From the NCBI GenBank assembly GCA_951406725.2, contig OX597823.1, positions 97,092,001-97,156,000 on the forward strand: a stretch of 64,000 nucleotides of DNA, written 5' to 3'. Made by a program: the position numbers and the translations under genes. The stretch's first letter is position 1. Each line of letters begins with the position of its first letter. Source of the stretch: Octopus vulgaris. Its lineage: Eukaryota. This document shows positions 40,930-55,800 of this stretch, piece after piece. Below the pieces are notes generated by a model, which worked only from the letters and a program-made list of their open reading frames with translations, made no database searches and was not told the origin of the DNA.

Positions 40930-42292
40930 CTGAGAACCGAGAGGAAACTGTCTCTAAAAGGTCGGGCGGAGGTGGCGAACGCGTACATCGCGTCCGTCAT
41001 CAACTACCGCCTGACCGTCTTGTCCCGACCCCACCGTCACCAAACTGGAACGCATCCTCTTCCGCTTCTTGTAGAAAGGAAACGTTCTGATGGTCAGGCG
41101 ATCAGTTTGCTGTCAACACCCGCTGAAAGGAGGGCTGGGCATGCTGTGGTTGATGATGCGCAGACACGCGCTGAGACTGCGACATCTCAGGCTCTACGTA
41201 GACGACGGCAAGCAGGTGTGGTCGCTGTTTGTGCAGTGCGCTTTCCCGCAACTCGTGTCCATGACCGAGCTGCAATCGTGGATCAAAAAGAGGCCGAGGT
41301 AGGGCGAATGGCACCGCGAGTGTCGTGTTGCTCTCCAGCAACTTTGCTGTCCTGGGTCGAACTTGAGCGACTGTATCACCACGAAAGCATTTTATAGGGG
41401 TTTAGTGGAGGGGAGGTACGACGACGATCTCGGGGCGAACATGGGCGTCGATGAGGAATACCTGACCCTCCTGTTCAGGACAATTTTCGGGCCGGGACCT
41501 ATGGACAATTTCCAGAGATCCCTGGCCTGGCAGTGCTTATCGAGAAGCGCTACCCGTTCGGGATAAGCTCTATAGACATGGTTCGAGAAACCTGCCCGTG
41601 ATGCGGTCAGAGCGACGAAACCGTTCTGCACGCACTCGTGCAGTGTCCAACCATTTCCGACCTGTGGGCTTATGTCGAACGACTGCCGTCACATGTGGGA
41701 CGAGTCGGTTTATCAGCCGAGTCTATCGTCAATATCGTCACACCTCCTTCCCTCAAACGGGAAGGAAGAGCTATTTTCATAATACTTGTAGTTATGGCGA
41801 AATAATGTATCTGGTGGACGCGTCTGAAAGGATTGGAGACAAACACTTTCCTCTCTGGTCAATCTCTCATCAACTTCTTCAAGTATCACCTGAAAAGGAA
41901 AGTGAGAGTAGAGAGGCAAGTTTTGTCTAGCGAATGTTTCAAAAAAAGATGGGTAAATGTAGCAAGGATGGCACGTATGAATGACGAAGCCACCTTGAGC
42001 ATGATCCTATGAACCGTAAAAAAATTTAATACAGAGAGTTACTTATTTGTAAATAAATGTTAATATGTGACTTAATTGCCCGAGGTTACTGTGGTCTTTT
42101 CGTAGGTTTTTCTTTCCACAGATAAACCTCCCCATTTCTTGGGAACTTTTTGTACTATTTCGACATTTTTTGCATATATCCCCAACGATTTCTATCCATT
42201 TTGATCGTTGTCCCTATTTCCCCCTCCCCCCCGAAAAGAAAAAACTACATTGTAATTGTCCCCTCTGTGTTTAGCCCTGTGTGGCCAATAAA
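40930..42292 (+). mobile_element. L1/Tx1-clade LINE 3' portion, degraded
   Basis: KLSLKGRAEVANAYIASVINY, CCQHPLKGGLG, zinc finger CP*CGQSDETVLHALVQCP, IWWTR. The 3'UTR ends ttgtcccctctgtgtttagccctgtgtggccaataaa. Confidence 0.85.
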
Positions 42293-42319
42293 TCTCTCTC
42301 TCTCTCTCTATCTATCGAT

Positions 42320-42399
<80 letters not shown>

Positions 42400-42619
42400 T
42401 CTTTGTCTTCATCTCCCCCTCTCTCTTCCTATAAATTTATGTTTGTGTAGATATACATACACACGCATATCTGTACATACTTATACAATCCCCCTTCCCT
42501 TTCCTCCAACTGTCTCCCTCTCCTATTTCTCTACCCATCTCTTTCTTTCTCTGTCATCTGTCTTTGTGTCTGTCTGTCTCTCTCTCTTACTCTTTTCCCC
42601 CTCTCTCTAGGTATATTCA

Positions 42620-44995
42620 GCAAAGACGTCGTGAAATTGGAGAATCAGACTGCAACTATTTCTGCGAGTCTGGAAAATTGCAGATGTAGACCCTGCAAAC
42701 ATCATTGTGGCAGCACTAAACAGTAATGGCTTCCCCTGATCTGCAGCCCAGGTAGAGCTGAAGAAACTAGAATTACTTCGTTTCTATGACCCCATTAGAA
42801 CACGCATCAGCGGCCTGGATGCCCTTCTGGGAAATGATTGCAGCAAAGATGACAATAAAGATGGGAAAAGTGAAAAGGAAAAGAGAGGTTTCCCGTGTTT
42901 AGCAGACCCTCGAAACAACAAAGCCGGAGCCACAACTGAGAGGCTTGCTAACGAAGAAAACATTGATACTGGCCCTGTCCCCACCATTGTAGAGAGCCAA
43001 AGAGATGAAAGGGCTGAAAAAAAAGAAGAAAACAAAAGCTCCCGGAAACAACGAAGAGGAAAAGAAAAAGAAGAAAAAGAAGAAAAAACTTTGGAGCAAA
43101 GCAAAGACCTCCAACAACGTGAGCAAAAGAAACAGGAGGTACAAAGCAAAAGTAGAAACATATGTAGGTAGATTTTAGTGGTAAGGAAACTGTTGGCATG
43201 GAAACAATGGGTAAAACTGACGTTTTGCACATCAGAAGACCTGCATAAACCGCATGGGCCTAAATCAGAACTCCTTTCCAGGGGAAGGACAAATGAAAGA
43301 GAGGCACCAAAGAAGGAAAAATTTCGCACAGTCTACTCCTAAAAGACGATATGCAGACATAGGGCATGCTACTCCAAACAACCAGCCTCATCCAGATGTG
43401 AAAAGAGCAGCAGCTGAGCAAAAATCTGTTTGTGCGTGACACAAAAACTTGTGCAGCAGCTGACCTGGTTACGTCAAGCACACAGACTTGGAACCACATC
43501 CACCATCGCATGAGGCCACCACAGTCGACAGATACAGGATGGCCACCACTAACGCCAACACAGGCGTCACACTAATATTTCCATGAAACAACAAAACAAA
43601 AATCTCTTTCCTGGGAGACCTAGCCGCATGCTATCAAGTTCTATTACAGCACTTGTGGAAACGCATCTTGGACCTGTTGTAGGAGATGCAGAAGTACACA
43701 TGCCAAAATATGTTGTAATACGAACGGACAGAAAAGAGAGGGGCCACGGTGCAGTTGTAGTGTACATCTGATGGGATATCACGCCCTACGTCCTGTATCA
43801 TATTCAAATTCAGTATGTGACACTCAAATTGTACACATAAGACAACTTAATATCGTTATATATATATTACATATCGCCCACTAGATGCTCCAAATCACAT
43901 AGGCAAGATTGAAGACTGCCTCGCAAAAATAAAAGTTCTCACCAAACTGGAGCACACACATCAGTGCATTCCTTTTGGGTGACTTTAACTTCCCCAATGA
44001 CGGACAGCCCAAGAATGACACACACTCAACAAGCACAGGTGGAGGTCCTGCTTAACCTTACTGATGCTTAAGTCATGGAGCAAATTGTGCTTCAACCAAT
44101 CAAAGCAAATAATATACTGGATCTCTACTTTACAAACAAAATGGATATCATCCATAATGCGAAAATGACATTGACACTAGTCTCGGATCACAATATAATA
44201 AATCTGTCTATGTATGGACCAAAAGCTGTTGCCAACATACAACCAATACGGAACACCAGAAATCTCTCCAGTCTGAACTTTCATAAGGCAAATTGGAAAT
44301 CGATCCGGAAAGGGATCCTCTAACTGGATTGGCCTAAATGTCTCTCCACACCAGACATTCGTATGAAGCTTAAGCATTTCATGTCCGTAATGCAAGCCAT
44401 GTAATGCAATCTGTCACAGAGCCCAAGGTCAACACACACGAGAACAAGATTCCTAAGGAGAGGAAATTTTTTTATGAGATGATGGATAGAGATTGCAAAC
44501 CACCTGAACGAACATCTCAAAAGTAATGAAAAGTCCCGCCTGCAAACAACACTGATGGAGATGGAAAAAAGTCTGTATCATTCCCATGGAAAAGAGAGCA
44601 GACAAGAAGGCTTGGGCAATAAAAAATATTGAGTGAAACCCTAAGGTTTTCTTTAACTTTGCCAAAGAAGCGACCTCAGAACGCTACAAGATAGGGTCCC
44701 ACCTCCAAAAGGACAGTTCCCTCACAGAAAACCCAATGAAGATAAGTGAAATTCTGAGCGAAGAGTTCAAAAGTGTTTCTACTACTCTTTTAGGATGCAA
44801 GAAGTGAACACACCAGCGGAGTTCTTTGCCATTTCTCCTGAAACCAAGGCGGCGATAATAATTGATTACATCGACATTAAAAGAACATGTAATGCTGACC
44901 ATAGATGAGGTAGAAGCAAAATCAGCCGCTGGCCCTGATGGATTCCCAGCAATCCTTCTCAAATCATGCAAACGAGCCCTTGCAAAACGACTGCT
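42620..44995 (+). mobile_element. CR1/jockey-like LINE: ORF1 remnant, APE endonuclease and start of RT region, degraded
   Basis: ALVETHL...IRTDRKERGHGAVVVY, LGDFNFP, NILDLYFTN...SDHNII, NFHKANW, NPKVFFNFAK, KSAAGPDGFPAILLK. Many stops and frameshifts. Confidence 0.85.
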
Positions 44996-45163
44996 AATAC
45001 GAACGTATGGAAGTTCTAACTGAATTTTATGAACATTAAAAAATATTTGTTTTTAATGTTTAACACACTTCAACATAGTAAAAAAAATGTTTTTCAAGTA
45101 CAATAATAAAAAACGAGAAAACCAGACCATTTATTAACTTTATTCAACTGATATATATCTTTA

Positions 45164-45383
45164 TTGGGTTTTCTGTCCTTTTGGAGGTGGGACCCTATCT
45201 TGTAGCGTTCTGAGGTCGCTTCTTTGGCAAAGTTAAAGAAAGCCTTAGGGTTTCACTCAATATTTTTTATTGCCCAAGCCTTCTTGTCTGCTCTCTTTTC
45301 CATGGGAATGATACAGACTTTTTCCCATCTCCATCAGTGTTGTTTGCAGGCGGGACTTTTCATTACTTTTGAGATGTTCGTTC
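45164..45383 (-). repeat. Near-identical inverted duplication of 44506-44735
   Basis: Base-level reverse-complement match, for example ggaggtgggaccctatcttgtagcgttctgaggtcgc versus gcgacctcagaacgctacaagatagggtcccacctcc. Confidence 0.9.
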
Positions 45384-45493
45384 TCTAATTTAATATAATA
45401 TAATACAATATATTTATACTATAAAATTGGATTTAATCCTAAATCTGATTTTTCCCTGTAAGTTTGGATTTATTCCCTAATATTTTATTATTA

Positions 45494-45527
<34 letters not shown>

Positions 45528-45556
45528 AAATGTGCGAGATCCTTGGTACAGTTTGG

Positions 45557-45731
45557 TATATTTGAAAAAAGAAAAAGAATGACTTCACTGGTCGTTCTAA
45601 TCAGTTTTTAATTTTTTAGGAAAATAAATTTTATAAAGTGCAAACTTCATATTACGAAAAAATTTTTAAAATAATAAATTAAACTGATTAGAATTATCAG
45701 TGAAGTCAATCGTTTTCTTTTTTCAAATACA
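45557..45731. repeat. About 175-bp imperfect palindrome
   Basis: tttgaaaaaagaaaa...gacttcactggtcgttctaatcagttt pairs with aaactgattagaattatcagtgaagtc...ttttcttttttcaaa. Confidence 0.8.
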
Positions 45732-45767
45732 TATATATTTGTGTGTGTGTGTGTACATACATGTTAT

Positions 45768-45798
<31 letters not shown>

Positions 45799-46170
45799 TT
45801 CCCTCTACCAATTAACTCACAAAGCATTGGTCTGGTGGGGCTATAGTGAAAGAAACGTGTCCAAGGAGCCGCGCAATGGAAGGGAACGCGAAACTCCTGA
45901 AGGATTTAGTCGAAAATAAATCTCCCCTACAACTTAATTTTTAAGTCTGTTACTTATTGCGTTGGCCTGTTTAGCCAATACACTAAGTTAATGGGGACTT
46001 ACAAAAGGTAACCCCAGTTAGGAAGCGGTGTTGCGGAGGTGTACCAACCACAAAGTTCCGGGTTCAGTCCCATTGCGTGGAGCTTTGGGAAAGTGTTTTC
46101 TTTTAGGATCTTGAGCCGACCAAAGCCTTGTGAGTGGATTCGGTAGACGGAAACTGAAAGAAGCCTGTTG

Positions 46171-46238
<68 letters not shown>

Positions 46239-46351
46239 TGTGTGTTTATAGTAATCCCTCGCCATATCGCGGATTTTTCTGGCTAAAAGAAGTAAATTTA
46301 TATCACAGACTCCTCAGTATATCATGGGTTTCTGAGGCCAATAGGTGTTTA

Positions 46352-46462
<111 letters not shown>

Positions 46463-46699
46463 TGTGTGTGAGAGAGAGAGAGAATGTGTTCTCCATTATC
46501 GCTTCACAACCAGTGGTGGTTTGTTTACGTTCCCGCAACTTAGCAGCTTGGCAAAAAGGACTAAAGTATATATATATATATATAATGGCGCGCTGTTGGT
46601 TGGGGCATTTGAATTATAACGTCCGATGTAATCAATTGAACCGCACGCGTATTTATCGTTATGGTAAAATCTGGCGTGTGATTGAGTGGATTTCATCCA

Positions 46700-46789
46700 G
46701 ATAGTCTTGGCTGAAGAGCTACAAATGGATTATTGTAAGTAATGTTACATTTAATTCATTAATAGCGAAACAATTGTCCCAAAATAATC
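46700..46789 (+). ncRNA. Type I minimal hammerhead ribozyme with intact core, related to 30636
   Basis: Stem I gatagtcttgg/ccaaaataatc, CTGAAGA at 46711, stem II gcta..atggatta..tgtaa / ttaca..taattcat..tagc, GAAAC at 46767, loop aatt, GTC at 46776-46778. Confidence 0.85.
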
Positions 46790-47060
46790 TGTATTTTTGT
46801 TATTTTTTATTTGCCCTGTCCGTGTGAGCTAACAGTCGTACTGGCTTTCATGGGAAACATGTATCTTCGTGGTTGAAACCTTTTGGATTAACTGGTGCTA
46901 GAGTGATTAATATAGTGACCACTCTCTTATATTTATTTATATATATATATATATATACTTTCTTTGGTTTCACGCTCTGGAATAGCCAGTTCTTTGAAGC
47001 AACTAGATTTGTTATGTATGTAAACAGATTGGCTACTTATTACTCGGAGATTGATCGGAT

Positions 47061-47120
47061 GATGTTGACACCTCTGATGAGAAGCCAATAAGGTTCGAGA
47101 ATCGATTAAGGCTGCTCATC
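47061..47120 (+). ncRNA. Degenerate hammerhead motif (GAAA changed to GAGA)
   Basis: cct-CTGATGA-gaagcc-aataa-ggttc-GAGA-atcgat-TA-agg, with a palindromic stem III loop. Confidence 0.5.
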
Positions 47121-47169
47121 GATTTTTCATCTTACGGAGGAATATTTAAATTTACTATGTTTGTATGTC

Positions 47170-47270
<101 letters not shown>

Positions 47271-47310
47271 TGTATGTATGTATGTATTATGTATGTATGT
47301 ATGTATGTAT

Positions 47311-47341
<31 letters not shown>

Positions 47342-47575
47342 CTATATGTGTATGTGTATCATCTTTTACTTGTTTCGGTCTTTAGACTGCGGCCATGCTG
47401 GGGCATCACAGTGAAGAATTTTTAGTCGAACAAATTGACCCCAGGACCCTTTTTAGGCCTAGTACTTATTCTATCAGTCCTTTTTGCCAAGCTGCTAAGT
47501 TGCGGGAACGTAAACAAACCACCACTGGTTGTGAAGCGATAATGGAGAACACATTCTCTCTCTCTCTCTCACACA

Positions 47576-49349
<1,774 letters not shown>

Positions 49350-49365
49350 CCAAAGTGTACGTACG

Positions 49366-49427
<62 letters not shown>

Positions 49428-49432
<5 letters not shown>

Positions 49433-49640
49433 CAAAACGGGACAAGAACGCAAAACATCCGGACAGTTAGGTGATACAAAAATGAGACAACAAAACACCC
49501 AGGTAGACGATACAAAGAAAACAAGGACGGGTCATTCGAAGTTTTCTTTCCTCAGTCAAGTACCAGATTATCTTCGCAATTTCGAGTATCATCAGCCGAT
49601 GTCCGGATGTCCGGATGTTTTGCGTTCTTGTCCCATTTTG

Positions 49641-49645
<5 letters not shown>
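49428..49645. repeat. Short element with 38-bp terminal inverted repeats
   Basis: taatacaaaacgggacaagaacgcaaaacatccggaca pairs with tgtccggatgttttgcgttcttgtcccattttgtatta. The minus strand interior has CTGATGA-tact-CGAAA and CTGAGGA-aag..ctt-CGAA remnants. Confidence 0.7.
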
Positions 49646-49693
<48 letters not shown>

Positions 49694-49910
49694 AAAGACG
49701 AACTTCCGTACAATTTCTGTCACCCAAATTCACTCACAAGGCATTGGCTAGTCTGGAGCAATTGTAGACGAAATGCTCAAGATGGCGCGCAATGGGACTG
49801 AACCACGTGGTCGCAAAGTGAGTTTCTTAACCACACACTGATACCTGCTGCTATATATATTTTTATTTTGCTTTTCATTTCGTTTCATTTTTGTTTTTCA
49901 TTTTGCAGCC

Positions 49911-49971
49911 ATGAAACCCTTGGGTATCTTAATATTACTAACCCTCGGGGTTTATGTTGAAGGTAGAGGGC
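49911..49971 (+). CDS. Secreted acidic repeat precursor, coding exon 1 (signal peptide)
   Basis: Long polypyrimidine acceptor ttttgcag|ccATG. Translates MKPLGILILLTLGVYVEG-RG (basic n-region, hydrophobic h-region, V-E-G cleavage). Phase-1 donor c|gtaagt. Confidence 0.8.
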
Positions 49972-50077
49972 GTAAGTATTCAAATATTTACTGTAATTGT
50001 CACGTACCCACGTTACACAAACACACACAGTCACACTAGAAAACTGGTTGACTACTACTACTACTACTACTACTACA

Positions 50078-50140
<63 letters not shown>

Positions 50141-50871
50141 GCTGTTGTCGTCTTCTTCCTCTTGTTCTTCTTCTTCCAATCAGGACTCACGTCATTAGTC
50201 ACAAAGAATAATCTCTAATTCGAGCCTACTCTAAGCTACCAAGAATGCGTGTGGAAACTTGAAGATCCACCCACCACACGCAATAGACTGGCGGTTGCAC
50301 GGGCGCGAAAGCTACGTTATCCTTTTTCCGTAAACGGTGGCTTTAACGGGTGGAGAGCTGAACCATCCTGGGGTACAGAGGATTCGCAATCTAGACTAGG
50401 ATCTGAAAGTTTTACCACACCATAGTGGGTTACACCATGGTTCCTCTGCTTTGTGGCAGAAGTAGAAAGAAAGAGTGAGAGAAAGTTGTGGTGAAAGAGT
50501 ACAGCAGGTTCACCGCTACACCCCGCCAGAGCCTCGTGAAGCTTAGGTGTTTTTGCTCAATAAACACTCACAATGCCCGGTCTGGGAATCGAAACCGCGT
50601 TCTTACGACCGCGAGTCCGCTGCCCTAACCACTGGGTCATTGTACCTCCTTTGCTGCTGTTGCGGCTGCTGTTACTACTACGGTGACACAGACGAAATGC
50701 AAATGACTAGTACTTACATTAGTACATAACAACACAATTTATTTCATACGTCCATTGGTTATTATGAGAGTAAATAGTGCAAACAAAATATGTAAAAATA
50801 TAAATAGTCCCCCTTTCCAAAATCAGAAAACAGTTTTCATAAAATTTTTATGGAACTTTGTTTATTTGCAG

Positions 50872-50997
50872 TGTGTAAAGGTACCAGTAAGTGTCATTTG
50901 AAAAATGAATCATATATTGAAGAAACGAATGGTCGTTGTTTCCGTGTGACTTGCAAGAATACGGATGAGGGCACTGTGGAGGAATGTGTTCTTGTAG
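50872..50997 (+). CDS. Secreted acidic repeat precursor, coding exon 2 (Cys-rich domain)
   Basis: tttgcag| acceptor and g|gtaagt donor, 126 bp, phase 1-1. Translates LCKGTSKCHLKNESYIEETNGRCFRVTCKNTDEGTVEECVLV. Confidence 0.85.
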
Positions 50998-51180
50998 GTA
51001 AGTACAGAAACATCTGCTGTTATGAATATAAGTTTAATTGTTAAAATTCACGCCGCTCATCTATTTGAGTTAGTTCTCTTAATTCATTTGTTTAAACATA
51101 CAAATTTGTCTCGCTAAAAAATATTCATAATTTGTTTTTAATGTGGAAAATTGTAGCCCTCGATTTGCAAGTTTTGTGAT

Positions 51181-51230
51181 ACTATACTACACTGAGGAGG
51201 TCTAAAAATTCGAAACATGTGTCCATAGTT
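51181..51230 (+). ncRNA. Degenerate hammerhead motif in the intron between coding exons 2 and 3
   Basis: CTGAGGAG-gtctaaaaatt-CGAAAC-atgt-GTC. Core nucleotides are present but stems I and II are mismatched. Confidence 0.4.
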
Positions 51231-51936
51231 GTCTCTTGCCCGCGAACAATGAACCCTGTCCTTTACTCTAAATATGTAAATTTGAAAATTTAAATCTTAA
51301 TTTCTTAAGATAACATCTCCTTCCCTGCGCTTAGCGAAGGCAGATACCGACAGCTGACCTCAATGATACAAGGGCATTGACATCACCACCAGAGCCAGGC
51401 CGAAACTGAGACTTCTCCCTACAATGTATAATACGAGGTGGAAGTTGTCATATATTTAGCTTTCCAAGGCCGCATAAGTTTAAGTGGAAAAAAGGCACTA
51501 TCTTTGCGAATATCTTCGAAAACAAATTTCTAACGTTGCATTTATTAGTTATAAATGTGAAATCCATTACAGCGCCCCTCATCCTACCATTGCTCTCTTT
51601 CCTCAGCAGCATCAATTTTCCTCAGTTTGGGATTTCTTGTTTGTTGTTCAAGAGTAGCATGATAGTTGTGAGCCAAATGTAAATTTGGCATTCTTTAAGG
51701 AGTCACTAAGGGAAAAAAATATTACGAAGCCCTTTATTTAAGAATGTGACTCAAATATTCCTCGCCTTCGTCTCCCACCGTAATTTGCATCAGACATTCG
51801 AGGCATGTATTGAAGCCTTTTGTCTCTTGGTAGATGGGAGTACTATATGTATGTCATTATTTAGTTTTATTTCAAGATTTCTTGCCAATAGAGAAAGAGC
51901 CTAGATCCAAAGCTCCTTCATTGGAAGTTAAACAGG

Positions 51937-51967
<31 letters not shown>

Positions 51968-52384
51968 TGTATGTATGTATGTATGTATGTATGTATGTAT
52001 GTATAGTATGAGAAAAGGAATTCAGGAAATCCAGGCGTCTATCTCAGTCAGTATTCCGTACGAAATCCCGGCCAACAGGATGCATAAAGAGGAAAAACCG
52101 CCCAGTTAATCTAAACATATTCTATACAAACTGAACATTCGCGAAATGTATCGATTATAAAATAGTTCATCCAACACAGAATATAAAATAAAACAGTGAA
52201 AAGAATAAAGAAGGCGGTATTGCATTTACCAACCAGTTACGACCGTTTCAATAACTAGTGAATTGTTACAACGTATATCTCTCTGTCTGTAAATCGATTA
52301 ATGAACCAATCATTCAATAATCTATCTATCCATCCACACATCCGTCCGTCCGCCCGTCTGTCCATCCATTCATCCGTCCGTCGG

Positions 52385-52460
<76 letters not shown>

Positions 52461-52481
52461 CCTACCTACCTACCTACCTAC

Positions 52482-52554
<73 letters not shown>

Positions 52555-52661
52555 AATCAATCAATCCATCCATCCATCCATCCATCCATCCATCCATCCA
52601 TCCATCCATCCATCCATCCATCCATCCATCCATCCATCCATCCATCCATCCATCCATCATC

Positions 52662-52777
<116 letters not shown>

Positions 52778-52806
52778 CTACACATTATGTTAATAATATC
52801 TTACAG

Positions 52807-55800
52807 AATGTGAATCAGACGAAAAGACAAATAATGGTGTTGCGAATGAAACAAACAAGATAAGTGAAGAAGCGAAAAGCGAGGAAGGAAGTGAAGCAGA
52901 GGAATCACAAAAGTATAAAAGAAAGCGTTCATTGAACGAAAATGAAGAAGAAAAGACTGAAGGTGACGCTAGTGAAGAAGAGAAAGCCGACGAAAGAAGA
53001 AGTGAAAGGGTGAATGAAAATGACGAAGAAAAGACTGAAGGAGACGATAATGAAGAAGCGAACGCCGACGAACGAAGAAGTGAGGCAAAGGAATCGAAAA
53101 AGAATAAGAGAAAACGTTCAGTTAAGGAAAGTGAAGAAGAAAAAACTGAAGGTGACGCTAGTGAAGAAGAGAAAGCCGACGATCGAAGAAGTGAAGAAGT
53201 GAATGAAAATGAAGAAGAAAAGACTGAAGGGAGAGAAGAAGAAGAAGGTGACGAACGAAGAAGTGAAGCAGTCAATGAAAATGAAGAAGAAAAGACTGAA
53301 GGAGACGATAATGAAGAAGCGAAAGCCGACGAACGAAGAAGTGAGGCAAAGGAATCGAAAAAGAATAAGAGAAAACGTTCAGTTAACGAAAATGAAGAAG
53401 AAAAAACTGAAGGTGACGCTAGTGAAGAAGAGAAAGCCGACGATCGAAGAAGTGAAAAAGTGAATGAAAATGAAGAAGAAAAGACTGAAGGTGACGGAGA
53501 AGAAGAAGAGAAAGGTGACGAACGAAGAAGTGAAACAGTCAATGAAAATGAAGAAGAAAAGACTGAAGGAGACGATAATGAAGAAGCGAAAGCCGACGAA
53601 CGAAGAAGTAATGCAAAGGAATCGAAAAAGAATAAGAGAAAACGTTCAGTTAACGAAAATGAAGAAGAAAAGACTGAAGGTGACGCTAGTGAAGAAGAGA
53701 AGGCCGACGATCGAAGAAGTGAAGAAGTGAATGAAAATGAAGAAGAAAAGACTGAAGGTGACGGAGAAGAAGAAGAGAAAGGTGACGAACGAAGAAGTGA
53801 AACAGTCAATGAAAATGAAGAAGAAAAGACTGAAGGAGACGATAATGAAGAAGCGAACGCCGATGAACGAAGAAGTGAGGCAAAGGAATCGAAAAAGAAT
53901 AAGAGAAAACGTTCAGTTAACGAAAATGAAGAAGAAAAGACTGAAGGTGACGGAGAAGAAGAAGAGAAAGGTGACGAACGAAGAAGTGAAGCAGTCAATG
54001 AAAATGAAGAAGAAAAGACTGAAGGAGACGATAATGAAGAAGCGAAAGCCGACGAACGAAGAAGTAATGCAAAGGAATCGAAAAAGAATAAGAGAAAACG
54101 TTCAGTTAACGAAAATGAAGAAGAAAAAACTGAAGGTGACGCTAGTGAAGAAGAGAAAGCCGACGATCGAAGAAGTGAAAAAGTGAATGAAAATGAAGAA
54201 GAAAAGACTGAAGGTGACGGAGAAGAAGAAGAGAAAGGTGACGAACGAAGAAGTGAAACAGTCAATGAAAATGAAGAAGAAAAGACTGAAGGAGACGATA
54301 ATGAAGAAGCGAACGCCGACGAACGAAGAAGTGAGGCAAAGGAATCGAAAAAGAATAAGAGAAAACGTTCAGTTAACGAAAGTGAAGAAGAAAAAACTGA
54401 AGGTGACGCTAGTGAAGAAGAGAAAGCCGACGATCGAAGAAGTGAAGAAGTGAATGAAAATGAAGAAGAAAAGACTGAAGGTGACGGAGAAGAAGAAGAG
54501 AAAGGTGACGAACGAAGAAGTGAAGCAGTCAATGAAAATGAAGAAGAAAAGACTGAAGGAGACGATAATGAAGAAGCGAACGCCGACGAACGAAGAAGTG
54601 AGGCAAAGGAATCGAAAAAGAATAAGAGAAAACGTTCAGTTAACGAAAATGAAGAAGAAAAAACTGAAGGTGACGCTAGTGAAGAAGAGAAAGCCGACCA
54701 TCGAAGAAGTGAAGAAGTGAATGAAAATGACGAAGAAAAGACTGAAGGTGACGGAGAAGAAGAAGAGAAAGATGACGAACGAAGAAGTGAAGCAGTCAAT
54801 GAAAATGAAGAAGAAAAGACTGAAGGAGACGATAATGAAGAAGCGAACGCCGATGAACGAAGAAGTGAGGCAAAGGAATCGAAAAAGAATAAGAGAAAAC
54901 GTTCAGTTAACGAAAATGAAGAAGAAAAAACTGAAGGTGACGCTAGTGAAGAAGAGAAAGCCGACCATCGAAGAAGTGAAACAGTGAATGAAAATGAAGA
55001 AGAAAAGACTGAAGGTGACGGAGAAGAAGAAGAGAAAGATGACGAACGAAGAAGTGAAACAGTCAATGAAAATGAAGAAGAAAAGACTGAAGGAGACGAT
55101 AATGAAGAAGCGAACGCCGATGAACGAAGAAGTGAGGCAAAGGAATCGAAAAAGAATAAGAGAAAACGTTCAGTTAACGAAAATGAAGAAGAAAAGACTG
55201 AAGGTGACGCTAGTGAAGAAGAGAAAGCCGACCATCGAAGAAGTGAAGGAGTGAATGAAAATGACGAAGAAAAGACTGAAGGTGACGGAGAAGAAGAAGA
55301 GAAAGATGACGAACGAAGAAGTGAAACAGTCAATGAAAATGAAGAAGAAAAGACTGAAGGAGACGATAATGAAGAAGCGAAAGCCGACGAACGAAGAAGT
55401 GAGGCAAAGGAATCGAAAAAGAATAAGAGAAAACGTTCAGTTAACGAAAATGAAGAAGAAAAAACTGAAGGTGACGCTAGTGAAGAAGAGAAAGCCGACG
55501 ATCGAAGAAGTGAAAAAGTGAATGAAAATGAATGAAGGTGACGGAGAAGAAGAAGAAAAGGTGACGAACGAAGGTGACAGTCAATGAAAATGAAGAAGAA
55601 AAGAGAAAGATGACGAAGTGAGGCAAAGGAAGAAGTGAAACAGTCAATGAAAATGAAGAAGAAAAGACTGAAGGTGAAGTGAATGAAAATGAAGAAGAAA
55701 GAGAAGAAGAAGAGAAAGGTGACGAACGAAGAAGTGAAGCAGTCAATGAAAATGAAGAAGAAAAGACTGAAGGAGACGATAATGAAGAAGCGAACGCCGA

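Noticed and set aside
52790-55333. 847-aa Ser/Phe-rich minus-strand ORF and related antisense ORFs up to 57895
   Set aside because: Antisense shadow of the purine-rich coding repeat. The plus frame has the splice and signal-peptide support.
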